NCBI GenBank assembly: GCA_030265395.1
Contig: JARFYF010000094.1
Location: 59,741,682 to 59,805,681, forward strand
Direction of reading: 5' to 3'
Length of the DNA stretch: 64,000 nt
Source of the DNA: Rhina ancylostomus
Taxonomy: Eukaryota
A model generated the notes under the pieces. It was given only the letters and a program-made list of their open reading frames with translations. It was not told the origin of the DNA and did not search any database. A program made the translations under genes and the position numbers. The first letter of the stretch is position 1. Each line of letters starts with the position of its first letter. Below are positions 1-13,184 of the stretch, piece after piece.

Positions 1-118
1 GAAAGCTATTTCTAAACTGGATAAAAAAACTTGATCAGAGATTTGCCAATTTGGAAATGCTGTTAAAGGAGATTGAATACAGACAAACAACACTAATACA
101 GGAAAATATTAAACAGCA

Positions 119-186
119 ATAATTGCTGAACTGAATGAAACATGGGAGGAGAAACTGCGCCGAACAGAAGCTATAAGAATGGAAAG
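119..186 (+). CDS. KIF1A: KIF1A coding exon (CC1 region), 5' boundary uncertain: IIAELNETWEEKLRRTEAIRME(R)
   Basis: Manual translation matches KIF1A CC1 as I recall it; donor AG|GTAAAG at 186/187 is phase 2, matching the next exon. No in-frame acceptor found upstream (see findings). Confidence 0.9.
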
Positions 187-829
187 GTAAAGCCCACTGC
201 AGAATATGTTATCAGCAAGATGGTTTCATAAAACCAGCAGGAGGTTCATGTGCAGCTTTCAGCTGCTTAGTTGATATAATCAGCACATAAACATTGGCAC
301 AAAGTCTGCTATTTGGGCCACACCTTTTTGCTGAGTTACCTAATTGTGATCGGGGCAACAGCATTAAATACTGGGGCATTATAATCAACATGTTTTTCCA
401 GGGACCATTGTTGCGGAGCTGAGACTTCTGCTCAGTAAAATGCTGAAGTGTCGATAAATCAGTGTGCACACAAATCACAAGTAGAATTAACTTGGGGAAG
501 ACAGCCCTGCAGCTTTGTTAAGAACAAGCAGTCAAAAGTTTCTTTTAGTTGGGCAAGGGCTTTAATTTTTGTTCCTGCATCCTCCAGTTCACACTACATT
601 GTTTTTTGAGTCATATATGGGAAGTGAGGTGTTGCTGGCAAGACCGTCATTTATTGATTATCCACAGAAAGGGGAACCACCAAAAATGTGGGGCAGGTCT
701 CCAGGTGAGCCGAAGCCTTTTCTATCTTGGAATTAGTCATGATCAGATTGGAAGGTGAAGACCAAAGACTAAGTGGCTCACACTTGATCCTGTATCCTTC
801 TGATATTCTTAATAATAATAAATAGCTCA

Positions 830-1165
830 TAGAGTCGTACAGGAAAGTAATTGACCCACTGAGTTTGTGCTGACCATTAAGCCCTCATGTACACTATTCT
901 TAACACTAATCTCATTTTATTGTCTGCACATTCCCATCAGCTGATCACAGATTGTTCCACTCACCTATCCACAAGGGCCAATTTACAGTAGCAGATTGAC
1001 CCACCAACTCACACACTTTTGGAATGTGGTAGGAAGCCAGAGTTCCAGGGGATATCCCAGGAAGAACAGGCAAACTCCACACAGACAATACTAGAGGTCA
1101 GGATTGAACCCAGATCTCCAGCAATGTGAGGCAGCAGCTCTACCAGCTGCATCACTGTGCCACCA
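830..1165 (-). mobile_element. HE1/V-SINE-like tRNA-derived SINE
   Basis: Reverse complement begins ggtggcacagtgatgcagctggtagagctgctgcctcac...gggttcaatcctgacc (A/B-box-like head) then the V-domain-like tgtgtggagtttgcctgttcttcc. Boundaries approximate. Confidence 0.75.
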
Positions 1166-2808
1166 GTTTAATTTATTTTTATGACAGTCTTCTACTATTT
1201 TAGCCCAGGAGCTTTCCACTTCATTTAATAGGAGATAATGGGATGAGGTTTCAACTTGCAGCCATAATTCTAGTGTGTAGATCAGCATCTATTATAGAAA
1301 CCTAATGATTTTCATTGGGCTTGTATTCCTTGAATATGGAAGACAGAGTGGTGATATGATTGGAAGATTTGAAATATTGAAGAGGTTGAAATGATTCCAG
1401 CTTAAGGGGGCACGCACAATAAAGTTAGAGCTGGGTAATTAGAGAAAGAAATGAGTAAGGGTAGCATGGAATATTGTGAAAAGACACCATAATGGATTAG
1501 ATGTGCAGATCAGTCAGGGTCTAACGGAGTGTTTCAAGGGGTTGAATGGGCAATTCTTGTTTCAGAAATGAAAACTGAATGTTTTCAACAAATCTAAGTC
1601 AATCCACAACGTGAGTCTAATGCTTGTGTTTAAGGATGAAAGCCCATCTCACTGTTAAAGCGGAGAGCAGAGGAATGTTCTATGAACGTGAAGTTCTATG
1701 AAATGTTGATTATTTGCAACGAATATGGCAGCAGAATTTTTAGGCCTTACATGGAGCCTTGTGGCACCAATGTTTACTGTTCCAGTGATCTTTTCAATGG
1801 TGTTCTAATGGTTGTGTCATGGTTCTGAGTTCTGGCCCTCAATTTGGCTCCATTAATGCCTTGTTGTCCAGCACATGGATTCCNNNNNNNNNNNNNNNNN
1901 NNNNNNNNNNNNNNNNNNNNNNNNNNNNNNNNNNNNNNNNNNNNNNNNNNNNNNNNNNNNNNNNNNNNNNNNNNNNNNNNNNNTATCCTGACTCCAGTCC
2001 TGTATCAGTGTGCCGCATTTGGGTTCTCTGTGAGTTTACTCTGGATCAACATTGTGACAGGTTGGGGCTTCCTAGGAGTGGATACAATATTCACATCTAT
2101 GCAAGACCATCCCCACATCACTCATGGTCTCGTAAACCACTCATTAATGCATCTACTTTCTGCACCCTCTCTAGTTTAATTGCATCATTCCTATAGCATG
2201 GCAACCACTACTGCACATAATACTCCAAGTACAGCCTAACCAATGACTTGCACAACTTGTGCAACCAACAGTCTGTACTTCTCAAGGATATGCTGGTTGT
2301 TAGGTTAATTGGCTACAGTAGATTACTTCTAGTTTACTGCCTGCTGATTATAATCAAGGGGGATAGTAATGGGCATGTGTGAGAGGATAGGTTACCAAGA
2401 AATAATTGGAAAGGGATTGCTCTGAGAGCATAGATTCAATGAGCCAAATGACCTCCTTCTATGTTAATATGAAATATGAGCTCATTAGTACTGAAACTGA
2501 TCATGTATGATATACTTAATAGCAAGTGTAGAGACTCTCAAGAACCATCTGACAAATATTACTTGTAAACTTTCTCCACAGATGTTTCTTTCTCTGCTAG
2601 AATCTAGGAACATATTTTTACTTTATTCCTCTGCAAAGTTGCCCTCAGACAACCTGTTTACGGGCTCACCTTCCAACAACTGCTTATGGATAATGCTGGG
2701 TTAGCTGCAGACGGCCAGTGGTTCAGTGCATAGAATTACAAAGTATTCATCCAGCCACCATTTATTCCCTTGTGCTGGAGCCAACAGCCCAAATCATTTA
2801 CTGTTTAG

Positions 2809-2931
<123 letters not shown>

Positions 2932-4308
2932 TAGGTTTGAAGAAGTTTGAACTAACTATTTCTATCTCAATTGCCCAGAGACATGGGAAGGCTGTTGCAG
3001 CTAAATGATGGTTTGGAATGGATGGTTTTGGTGAGCCCCTTGTTGGTTGGGAAAACTTATTGCCTATGCTCTGTAATATCTATTCATAAAGCAAATGAGA
3101 GCTTTCTCTCATGGGTTAAGGCAAGAGGCAAGCCTTCATCAATGTCATTGTTCTGCAACTTCAATGGAGATCAGGAAAATCTATCTGGCTTTACTACAGC
3201 AATGAGAAACAAATCAATAGGCCATATGTCCAATGTATGAAGTTTACAGTCATTGTTCCTAATTACTGAAACATAGTAGCAGAAACCCACAATGAGGTAT
3301 CATAAACAAGGAGATGAATGACCAACCTAGTATGTTTTTGCTTGGAAGATGAACATTGGCCAAGACAATTAGCAATCTTTTAACTGTCTTTCAACATTCA
3401 TTCAAAGACATGTATGATCTGAGCTTAACCTCTGCCTTTATGATGGCACCTACTGTTCTAAATATTATATTGAAGTTTCAAGAAGTTATGTGCATACAAG
3501 CCCTCAAGTAGAGTTTTTAAATGAGGTGAGGTTATACCTACTGTCGATTCAGACTTGAACATCTTGATTGGTTTATCAATTCTTCTACACACATTATAAG
3601 GATAATCGCTTTGTATTGTTTCTTCACAAAACAAGATGTTCCAAAGTACTTCATAGAAGAGTTTGACACAGATATATTATGGTAGAAAAGAGTTTGGTTT
3701 TCAGGATGTAGGTTTATAGAGGAAATTCCACAGGTTCAAGCCTTGGCAGCTGAGGACATGCAGCAAGTGGTAAAATGGTTGGATCTGGGATAGTCAAGTG
3801 ACCAAAACTGATGAAGTGCAAATCTTTCAGGAGGTTGTAGACCTGGAAGAAATTAAGGAAATATGGAGGCATGAGGCCATTTGAAAACAAAAGTGAGGAT
3901 TTTAAATCAAGGTATTGTAAACTAAGAGCTAATACAGGTCAGCAAGCACAGGAGTAACGTACAAAAAGCATTTAGTGCCTTCTGAAACATGGGCAGTCAG
4001 GTTTTAGACAATATGAAGTTTGCTTGCTGTAGGTTGAGTGAGAGCAATGGGAACATATTGGAATAGCTAACCAGTTGTAATAAAAACACAGATGAGGATT
4101 TCACCAGACAGTGAGCTAAGAAAGGTATAGGTGGGCAATGAAGTGGTGATGCAAATAGACAGCCTTTGTAGTAATGTTGAGATAAATTTTCTGAAGCGCA
4201 TATTGGGATGACATATTAGGCATCACAAGGATGGTGATTAGAAACTCAAGCATCCAAAGCATAGCTATCTGTTCCCAATGGAGGAATAGTGGGAAGGAGG
4301 AATATTTC

Positions 4309-4335
4309 AGTGTGTGTGTGTGCGCGCGCACACAC
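4309..4335. repeat. (TG)n(CG)n(CA)n microsatellite
   Basis: gtgtgtgtgtgtgcgcgcgcacacac read directly. Confidence 0.9.
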
Positions 4336-4631
4336 CAGTGCATGAGACTTAAACACATCTATGATGATGTACATTAATATTTATCCACTTTGTGAGTGAG
4401 TGTGTGTAAAACACATCTGATTTAACTGTAGTCAGCTGCACACCTCTGTCTAAATTCCAACAGTTGCTGCTTTCTAATTTGTATACCAGTGTCATTTGTT
4501 TTGTTTTTGCTATCTCCCCTACTCCCCTTTCCCATTGTTTCATCCCCCCTCCCCTCCCAACTCCCCTCCCGTCCCCTCCCAACTCCCCTCCCAACTCGTG
4601 CTCAACCCTGCAACTGTTTAATTCCTGTTAG

Positions 4632-4694
4632 ATTGAACATAGAAGAGCTGCTCAGATGTTGCTGGAGTCTCTGGGGGTGTTCTCTCCCAAGGAG
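4632..4694 (+). CDS. KIF1A: Candidate alternative KIF1A cassette exon IEHRRAAQMLLESLGVFSPKE
   Basis: ttcctgttag acceptor after a long pyrimidine tract, gtttgt donor, 63 nt, phase 0-0, no stop; the 3' end is paralogous to the preceding exon (LGVFSPKK). Confidence 0.6.
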
Positions 4695-7600
4695 GTTTGT
4701 TCTGGGTGACTGTGTGTGTGAAGTGTTGTGCTCGCTTTCATTTGGTTTGCTCAGTTATTTATGAGATGGAATCCCTGATTCCATTGGCTGGTTCTGATTC
4801 ATTTCTCAGCATCAATTCCCTCTCTTTACTGACCCAGTTTCACGGATGAAAAGATTGTAAATCTGTCAGATTTTGAAGATGTCTTTTGGACCTAACCCCT
4901 CCCTTACCACGACCCTGCCTTCTTGTCTCTCCCTTTCCTGTTTCTTCTTTACCTCTCTCCGCCCCTCCTTCTCCCTTTACTGTATCTTGTTCCAGACATG
5001 TGCTATCCATCCCACTTCCATCCATTCATCTCTTCCAACTTCCTCCTTTTGTCCCAATTATCTACTCCTCTATTTCTTTCCTCCTCCCCTCATTCTCTTT
5101 ATCACCTTCTCAACTGCTCCCTTTAAATGTCATCTAAAAGGTCATGAGAAACTGTGGCATGAGGAAATGATGCACTGTCCATCAAGCCTGCCAATTACAC
5201 AGCCTCGTTACAGTTGGTTCATTTAACTAACTGGGAGGGTGATCCCCTGATTTCCTCAAAAGGTAAAATTCCTTAAGTATCTAGCCTTCCATCCCACATG
5301 TTCTGTATCCTTGCGGGGTGGCTTTACCTGTGCATGAATCCAGCATCTCTCTGCACCCTATGTTGAGATGGGGTTTGACCATTTCTCTTTGTGTTTCTGC
5401 TTTGTGTTTCTACACACTCCTGTCAGTATAGTTTCCATTTCGAATATCATTAAGTCCCAGTATTTGTGCTGATTAAATGAACTGTCTGCACAGGTTCTAA
5501 TCATGATGCTGGAGGGTGTTCCCAAACTCCTCAATCCACGAAGACTATTGAGTTCTACAGTTCACCTGCACTGTTACCATTAGCCCAATGCAGTTTGCTG
5601 GATTGCTCCAGCATAGAGAGTCTGCTTGCACAGAGACATGATGGGTGACTGGCTTCATTAACAGTGAGATGCGTGTTAGGTTTTCAGGTTTTTGGGATCA
5701 ATGGAGCAGACTGCCATTATCATTGACATAGTGCTGCAGTAGGACAAATGAAGGGTAGATCGACCATATTACTTCCCCATGTTATCCATATAATCCCAGC
5801 ACTGAAGAGGAGAAGGCAAGTATTCGTGTGCATTAATTGGCATTGTCAGAAGCATTTAATATGTTAGACACACCAATATAGGCATGGCCTGAACTGGGTT
5901 TACAGTGTGACTGAGTCCTACTACAATCTTACTGAGATTCCAGGAGGGCCAGAAGATATTCCAGAAGAAATNNNNNNNNNNTTTACACAAACCTGAGAGG
6001 CATAAGCAGTCAGTACAATATAGAACCATAAAACAGTACAGCACAATATAGACCCTTCGGCCCCACCATGTTGTGCCGACCTTCAAACCACACCTAAGAC
6101 TATCTAACCCTTTCCTCCCACATATCCCTCTAACATATCACCCACAAGTCTCTGACTTTTAATTGTTCAGTTTATTCTTGAACAAGAGCAACTTGCATTT
6201 GTATGCCACCGCTAAAGCAGTAAAACATCTCAAGGTGCCATCCAGTGTCCCAAATATTATGGTACTCAATGGAGAAACTGAGCAATGTTAATCTACTGAT
6301 GGGAGTGACTTAGCCCTGTTCATAGAACAAACCTCACATAGAGGATCTCCAGAGGGAAGACCAGAGTATTAAAACTGGAATGTTTCCAGCTCCCTGATTG
6401 GGAACTAACGCTCTGTATTGTGATACCAAGGCACAAAAATCACTAATGTGATTCCTAATCCATCCTGAGTAAGTCTCAGTCAGAGCAACAGCAGTTACAC
6501 TGAAAGCTATGATCCTTTCTCAAAATCAAATACCAGTAATATCAGCCAGTGATTCCGAGTGCTGTTTGTTACCCATTCACTAGTGCTGGAAGTTGTGCAT
6601 GGAAACCCATCCTCAGCTCTGATACCTACACACCAGGGTTGTCCAGGTTCATGCACTCCGAATAGTTACTTGAGTGAACTCAAGGCACCTGTAGAACTGG
6701 GACCATTCGATAGAATCATAATGTTATATTAAAAGAAGGAGCCATTTGATCTGTGCTAATGTTTGGGAAGAGTTAACCTCTTGGTCACACTCTTTCCCCA
6801 CAGCTCTGCAATTATTCCTTCCTTGAGTAGATGTTTAATTCCTTCTGAAAAGTTACAACTGAATATTTTCCCACCACTTTCCTGCAATGCCCGTCACGTC
6901 ATGATGACTTGAGTGAAAAAAAAAGCCTTTACTTCTCCTCCATCCAGTTTTTAGAAAAGCAACATATCTTCAAAGGATCAGAGAGATGGTCGGTGGGGGA
7001 GGAGGAGTAAAGTACTATGGCAGTGTCCCCAATTCCCTGGTAAAGTTAACACACAATCCTTTGTGGGGTAACATGAATGTTGGTGTTTGCAACCTAAATC
7101 TCATCAGTCCATCAGCCAGTGATAATAAATCCTTTATAGTGTAAAAAAAAGATTGAAATATCATTAACACAGCATCTGCTGTCCATAAATGCCGCTCTCC
7201 CAAGTGCCACTGTTGAGGATGTGTTACACAGTGGAAGATGCATGGTTTTGGCAATGCATTCTGGGATACCTAAGGCATGCACCATCTTTTCCTTGCTGCG
7301 TCACCTGTAAGTATTAATGTTTGGATCTCCTGTGAGTAATCAACCTTGTGCTAGTTAGCTGTTGCATGGAGTTAACTGTTAATATTTTTCCTCTCAGAGT
7401 CACATTAAGGACCATAGATGATAGATGTATATTTGGCCTTGAAGTGTTCCAACCAGTCTAACAGATATATGCGTGTGTGTATGTGAGTGTGTGTGAGAAA
7501 TGTTTTGTGCATGACTGCAGCATCAAAGTCACAGCCATTGAACTTCAAAAAACAGAAACAGCAGCTGCATCTTTTAGAGGTTTTTGACCTCAAAGAATGA

Positions 7601-7699
7601 ATCCATAAACATCAAGATCCTCCACATTTTCACCTACATTTTCTTTCTGAAAAGGGTCCTGGTAATGAAGGTATCTCTTTACTTAGTATTCTGAAGTTG

Positions 7700-8245
7700 A
7701 ACATAGAACGTACAGCACAGGAACAGGCCCTTCAGCCCATAATGTTTGTGCCGACCATGATGCCAGCATAAACTGATTCTATCTGCCTGCACATGGTCTG
7801 TATCCCTCCATTCCCTGTCTGTTCATGTGCCTGTCTAAATACCTCTTAAATGTTGCTATCCCATCTGCCTCTTCCACTTCCACTGGCAGCAGAATCCAGG
7901 CATCTACCATTTTCTGCATAAAAAAACTTGCCTCATAAATCTGCTTTAAACATTCCCCTCACTTTAAACCAATGCCTTCTAGTATTTGACAATTTCACCC
8001 TGGGAAAAAGACTATCTACCCTTTCTAGGCCTCTCATTATTTTATATATTTCTATCAGCTTCCCCCTCAGCCACCAACACTCCAGAGAAAACAATCCAAG
8101 TTTGTCCAACCTCTTCGTATAGCTAATACTTTCTAATCCAGGCAACGTCCTGGCGAATCTCTTCTCCACCCTCTCCAAAGGCTCCACGTCCTTTCTGTAA
8201 TGTGGCAACCAGAACATACTCCAAAAATGGCCTAACCAAAGTTTT
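7700..8245 (-). mobile_element. CR1 LINE 3' fragment (ORF2 C-terminus plus 3' UTR)
   Basis: ORF 7933..8217(-) KDVEPLERVEKRFARTLPGLESISYTKRLDKLGLFSLE..LRGKLIEIYKIMRG is the typical CR1 ORF2 tail. Confidence 0.88.
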
Positions 8246-8686
8246 ATGAGGTGAAATGGGCGGGGAGCTGGACATCGAATGCAGGAATCCTTGGCACGTA
8301 CAGAGTGAGTGGGACAAAGAATGATCGTAGGTAAATCTTGCCATGCTTACTAAAAACTAACCAAATGGTAAAAGAACAATAAAAGCTTTGACTTATCCTT
8401 GCCACCCAAAGGATAAGAACTTCAATGGCCAAGAACCTGTTGACAAGAGGACCTGGGAGATAATTGGCATTAGTTGCCAAATTGAAAGCTTGTGTAGTGT
8501 TGCCAATTTGAAGGTTTATGTAGTAATCTTATTAATGCGGTGAGACAGCACGGCAACCTCCCAGGTAGACTTTGATGGAGCTGGATGTTAATTGTTTTTC
8601 AGTTCATTGGGAAACCCTTACAGTGTACACAGCAAATTAAAAAATTGTGATCAGGTCCCACATTTTTCAGGAGTAGAGGTCCCTAG

Positions 8687-8860
<174 letters not shown>

Positions 8861-10974
8861 TAGATGTGGTAGGGCAGGATGCATGGCCAGTGATAGATTA
8901 GCAGCACTGCCTGACTTTGAATTATTTAATTGGAAAAAAGAGTTTATTCACAGAGCTGGCTTCCTTGATGTCCCTTGGCTTCAATGTCCCTACAAATTTC
9001 TGTCTTTGACCCAGAAGGGGTGATACAGACAAAGTGGACACATACACACACACACCAACTAATCAAATTCAAAAATTCTAGCTTTGCAGACTCGAGACAA
9101 TACTTCAGCAAAAAAAACATGTAACCCAGAACCTCTAAAAAGTTTAAGTGAAACCAAACTGATTCCAAGTGTTGAAATGTGCAGAAAAAGAGGCATTGGA
9201 TTAAATGTAAGCCGTTTAGGACAGAAGGCAATAGAACTGTTCATACTGAAGTTTTGCAAGGCTGTGGCACACACTACTGATGTTTGTTACTGTAGCAGCG
9301 ACAATATTGACACCAGAATAAACTGGAGAGAAGGGCCAGGAGTTATTGGGACAGGATGAGCATGTAAAATTGGGTCTGCTGTTCCCATAAGGGATGAATA
9401 CCAACATGGGCTGGTGGAGCCACCCAGCCTTTTCCATGGTGTAATTTCTGTGGGGTTTTATGTAACCTTGGACCAAGTGGACTGTTACATTTGTGGTTCT
9501 TTAATAACCCTCTTGCTCCAGATCATTTCAGCTGCTTGCTTGCCAGTTTCTGAGCCTCATTCCCATGGAGGCCCAAGGGGACCAATAAACGTTCCCCACA
9601 ATCCATTTCAAATGATCTATTTTGCTCCTGTGCTGAAATATTGGCCATACACAGAATTGACAGCCTGTAGTGTATTATGAGGTGATTTAAATTCTTCAGG
9701 AATTAGCAGTGGCAGCATGAACAGGAGCCAGAAATGTTGATGACTCATCCTGTGACCAGATGTTTGGCACCTACACAACTCTTGATATCTTTGGATCATT
9801 CCCAATGCCTCTGCAAATGACTAACTTGGTCTGAAGTTGATGAGCATTTAGCAATGTACCTGGGAAGCAAACAGCAAATGCTGCCTGGTAATTGCTTACA
9901 TGGCTCCTTATGGTCCCAACTAAGTGCTGTGCAAGTGTCACATTAGGTCTATTTTAAGTTTAAAACATCAAGCTAATCTACTTTACAAAAGATAAGCAAG
10001 TACATAAATAAGAACCATAAATATGATTGCAAAGTGACAATAGACCATCTTCCACTCATCTCCCAAGGCAGCACAAAACAAACTCAATGAACTAATCGTA
10101 CTCTTTGAAAATAACCTCTAGGTAATGTAACGTTTGCTTTCCTGTAACATTTTTTAGCAGTCTGGCAGCTGGTCTGTATTGCTTCTTGGATACTAAAACT
10201 GATTTATCATTTTTTGGGAGGTTCAAACTGATTGGTTCCTTCTCTCAGGTAGTTGTATAGAGTTACTTGTATTTGAACAGAGCAGCTCCTATTTCTAGTT
10301 GAGAGAAGTTACCAAGACATTCTTGGATTTTGAAAATCTGACCACATAAATTTAAACAGGAACTTTAGTCACATATAAACCAGATTTCAAGTTAGAAATT
10401 CTCCTCTTCCTAGGTTATAACGAAGATAACTGAGTAATATTGTTTTTGGATATGTTTTGATTGCTTGTTTAGTTCAGTTTTACCTGTGTGCCTCAGATTA
10501 TGCAAGTTTGAATTTATATGATGTATGTCATGTCTCATAACTGTTTATGTGCAATTCATTATATTTGCACACTGTCGCAATTGTGCACTTTGTCATCTCC
10601 AGGGTTTCTAACTGTGGTTGGACGTATTTCAGGAGATTTCATCATGTAAATTCCCATCACCAGTCTGCCCCATCCCAACAATCCCACCTTTGGTTATCCA
10701 ATATGCCAGCTGCACAAAACACTACCTTCCTTTTGAATCAGAAAACAAACAGGCTCTTCATTTATTGAGTGAATATTTCCTGACTGTCATTCAATCTTGC
10801 TTCCCATCACCAATATTTTATGTATAGCAGTTGAGAAGATTCAAATATTTTTCAAATAAAAGCACGCAATTGTTTTTAGTGCCCCTGTGAGTTTCCCCCA
10901 GCATTGCCCAAACCAGGTTCTGGTAGTTAATCTCTAATCTGTGATTACTGGATAGTCCTAGAAAGACAATCAAC

Positions 10975-11215
10975 CTGGTAACATAACCGTAAATGACCAA
11001 GTAATCTGCTTTTGATGACATGAATAAAGGCTGACCATTGATCAGGACAAAAGAACTCCCCACTTGCCTGCAGATAGTATGGTGACATTTGGCTGTACTG
11101 ACAGGACAGGGATATTACCTATTATTTCTTTCCATAATACTACATCACTTCAATATTGCTAGATTATTAGATAAATATTATGAAAAGCTTAGTTGTGTAA
11201 GGGCCTTGACTTCCA
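10975..11215 (-). mobile_element. Deu-domain (SacSINE1-like) SINE, degenerate
   Basis: Similar in reverse orientation to the copy at about 14070-14450 (gaactcccc, aatgaccaagtaatctgc). Confidence 0.45.
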
Positions 11216-11330
11216 GGAATTTATATTGGAAATTTAGGGAGTTGCCTTCCTTGATTTTCCATTTATTCATTTATTGTTCTTACAGTTTTCTATCTTTGAC
11301 TTAGAAGGGTGGTGCAGCCAAAGTGGACAC

Positions 11331-11355
11331 GTGCGCACGCGCGCACACACACACA

Positions 11356-11419
<64 letters not shown>
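11331..11419. repeat. (CA)n microsatellite with CG interruptions
   Basis: Long acacac run read directly. Confidence 0.97.
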
Positions 11420-11421
<2 letters not shown>

Positions 11422-11760
11422 CGCTCTGTGGTTCTGTCCCTACCTCATGTAGCTTTCATGGAAACCCAAGAGACCTAAACAGAAACCTAAATGGGCATTA
11501 CCACTAATTCAGTGCTTCGGGTCAAAGATGTGACAAGGGATTGGTATATGCCCATGGAAATTCAATCCTCTTGTTTTTGTTTAGCCACATTTCAAACATA
11601 AATCCACTCAGTTATATGCTATATGCTTAATAGAAGTTCCTGTGAACAATACATTATTTCCATTTTATTTAAGCTCCTGAACTTCACAGTGGACCTGGGT
11701 TTTGATATGTTGTTCAGTGATATTTTCATGTATTTAAACTAATATAATCTCTTTCCTCAG

Positions 11761-11867
11761 AGTTGGACGTGAAGATGCAGAACGGCGGCAAGATATTGTA
11801 CTGAGTGGACATTTCATTAAAGAAGAGCATTGCATCTTCCGCAGTGATGTCAAGTCATTAGGTGAAG
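11761..11867 (+). CDS. KIF1A: KIF1A exon: [35 protein letters not shown] (FHA)
   Basis: ctttcctcag acceptor, gtatag donor, 107 nt, phase 2 to 1; VGRED and [10 protein letters not shown] are KIF1A-type. Confidence 0.97.
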
Positions 11868-13075
11868 GTATAGCACTTTGAATGCACTTGTTCTTCTGAA
11901 TCTCAGCTAAGTGATCTTCTAACTTACGAGTTGCATATTCAAGTGAAACCACATCTTATTTGCTGTGATACCGGCTGTATCTGGTGTGAAAAGCTTAAAT
12001 TTTCTCTTATGTTCAAGAAAAGTTTTAATTTAGACTGAATGTCCTCACTTTTAGATGAATGATTCATTGCTTTGTATTCAAGGAATGATAACTCGTCCTA
12101 TTGTGCTGCATGAGTCCAATTGGTTATTATAGTCCAAATGGTCCACTCAACCTATTGTGCTGTATGCTGCACCCATTTAGTCACTCGCTGGCCTTTTGGT
12201 TACCTTTTTCACAAGGCTTAAAGACAAGGTCAGCATTAATCCCCTAAATACATGCAAGAAGATGCTGCTGAGGTGCCTCTGGAACTTCTGCTAACCTTGT
12301 GATGACACTGTTGGAGCAGTTTGGTATAATTAAGCAGATTTCTGCTCGATTTCAGAAGGTAGATCAAAGTTAAATACAACTGGGGTCACATATATTAGCT
12401 GGTAGATTTTCTTCCCTAAAAGACAGTAATGAATGGGATGGATTTTCATAACAGTGCAGTAGTTTAATGGTCGCTAATAGTACTACTTTAAATTCCACAG
12501 CCTTTATTTTAGCAGCCTTTAATCTCTTTAGCTCCAAGTGGATTTCAACTTACCTCTCTGGAACTTTGCTCCAACTTAGCTCTCTGGAACTTTGCTCCAG
12601 TTTTTGATTATATCTCCAAGGATTTCTGTTATCCCTGTGCTATATCAATGAGCCTTGCTTTTTGCAATTTATGATGCATTGAGGGCTAATAGTGAGATAG
12701 TTATGATATTGTGACAGTTTAACAGCTTCAAGGTTACTTTTACTAATGTCAGCTTTTTATTGCTGCGCTTCTTAAATGAACATATCCTCATGGTGCCATT
12801 GTGAGGTCTGAGCATTTTCTTTTGATTTTTAGTCTGGTATCATAATCACTACATTATTAAAAACCTTAAAATCTAGCTTCGGGTTTCTGAAAAGAGAGTG
12901 TGTAAGTGAGAGAACTGGGCAGGCAAGGTTAATGTGCAGTGCTGAAAGTTGCAGTTATCGGTGTGGACTGCAGGGGGAGCATGGAGACCCATTGAAGATG
13001 CGGAAATTTATAAAACTAAGCAGCACAGTTGTGTTAATTTTAAGAACCTCTCAGCATTTTTCTTTTACTTTATAG

Positions 13076-13159
13076 TGATTGTCATTCTTGAACCATGTGA
13101 AGGAGCAGACACGTACCTCAACGGAAAGCAAGTGACCGAACCAACTGTACTTAGATCGG
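13076..13159 (+). CDS. KIF1A: KIF1A exon: (V)[27 protein letters not shown](G) (FHA)
   Basis: tttatag acceptor, gtgcgt donor, 84 nt, phase 1 to 1; lies within ORF 12949..13299. Confidence 0.97.
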
Positions 13160-13184
13160 GTGCGTATCATGGCAGCATTTTTGG

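Noticed and set aside
4361-4420. ATGATGA ... CTGA resembling a box C/D snoRNA
   Set aside because: Only about 60 nt, no terminal stem, and no recognisable C'/D' boxes or rRNA guide.
4838-4860. Possible micro-exon after actgacccag (tttcacggatgaaaagatt|gtaaat)
   Set aside because: 19 nt, not frame-preserving, has a stop in phase 0, and has a weak donor.
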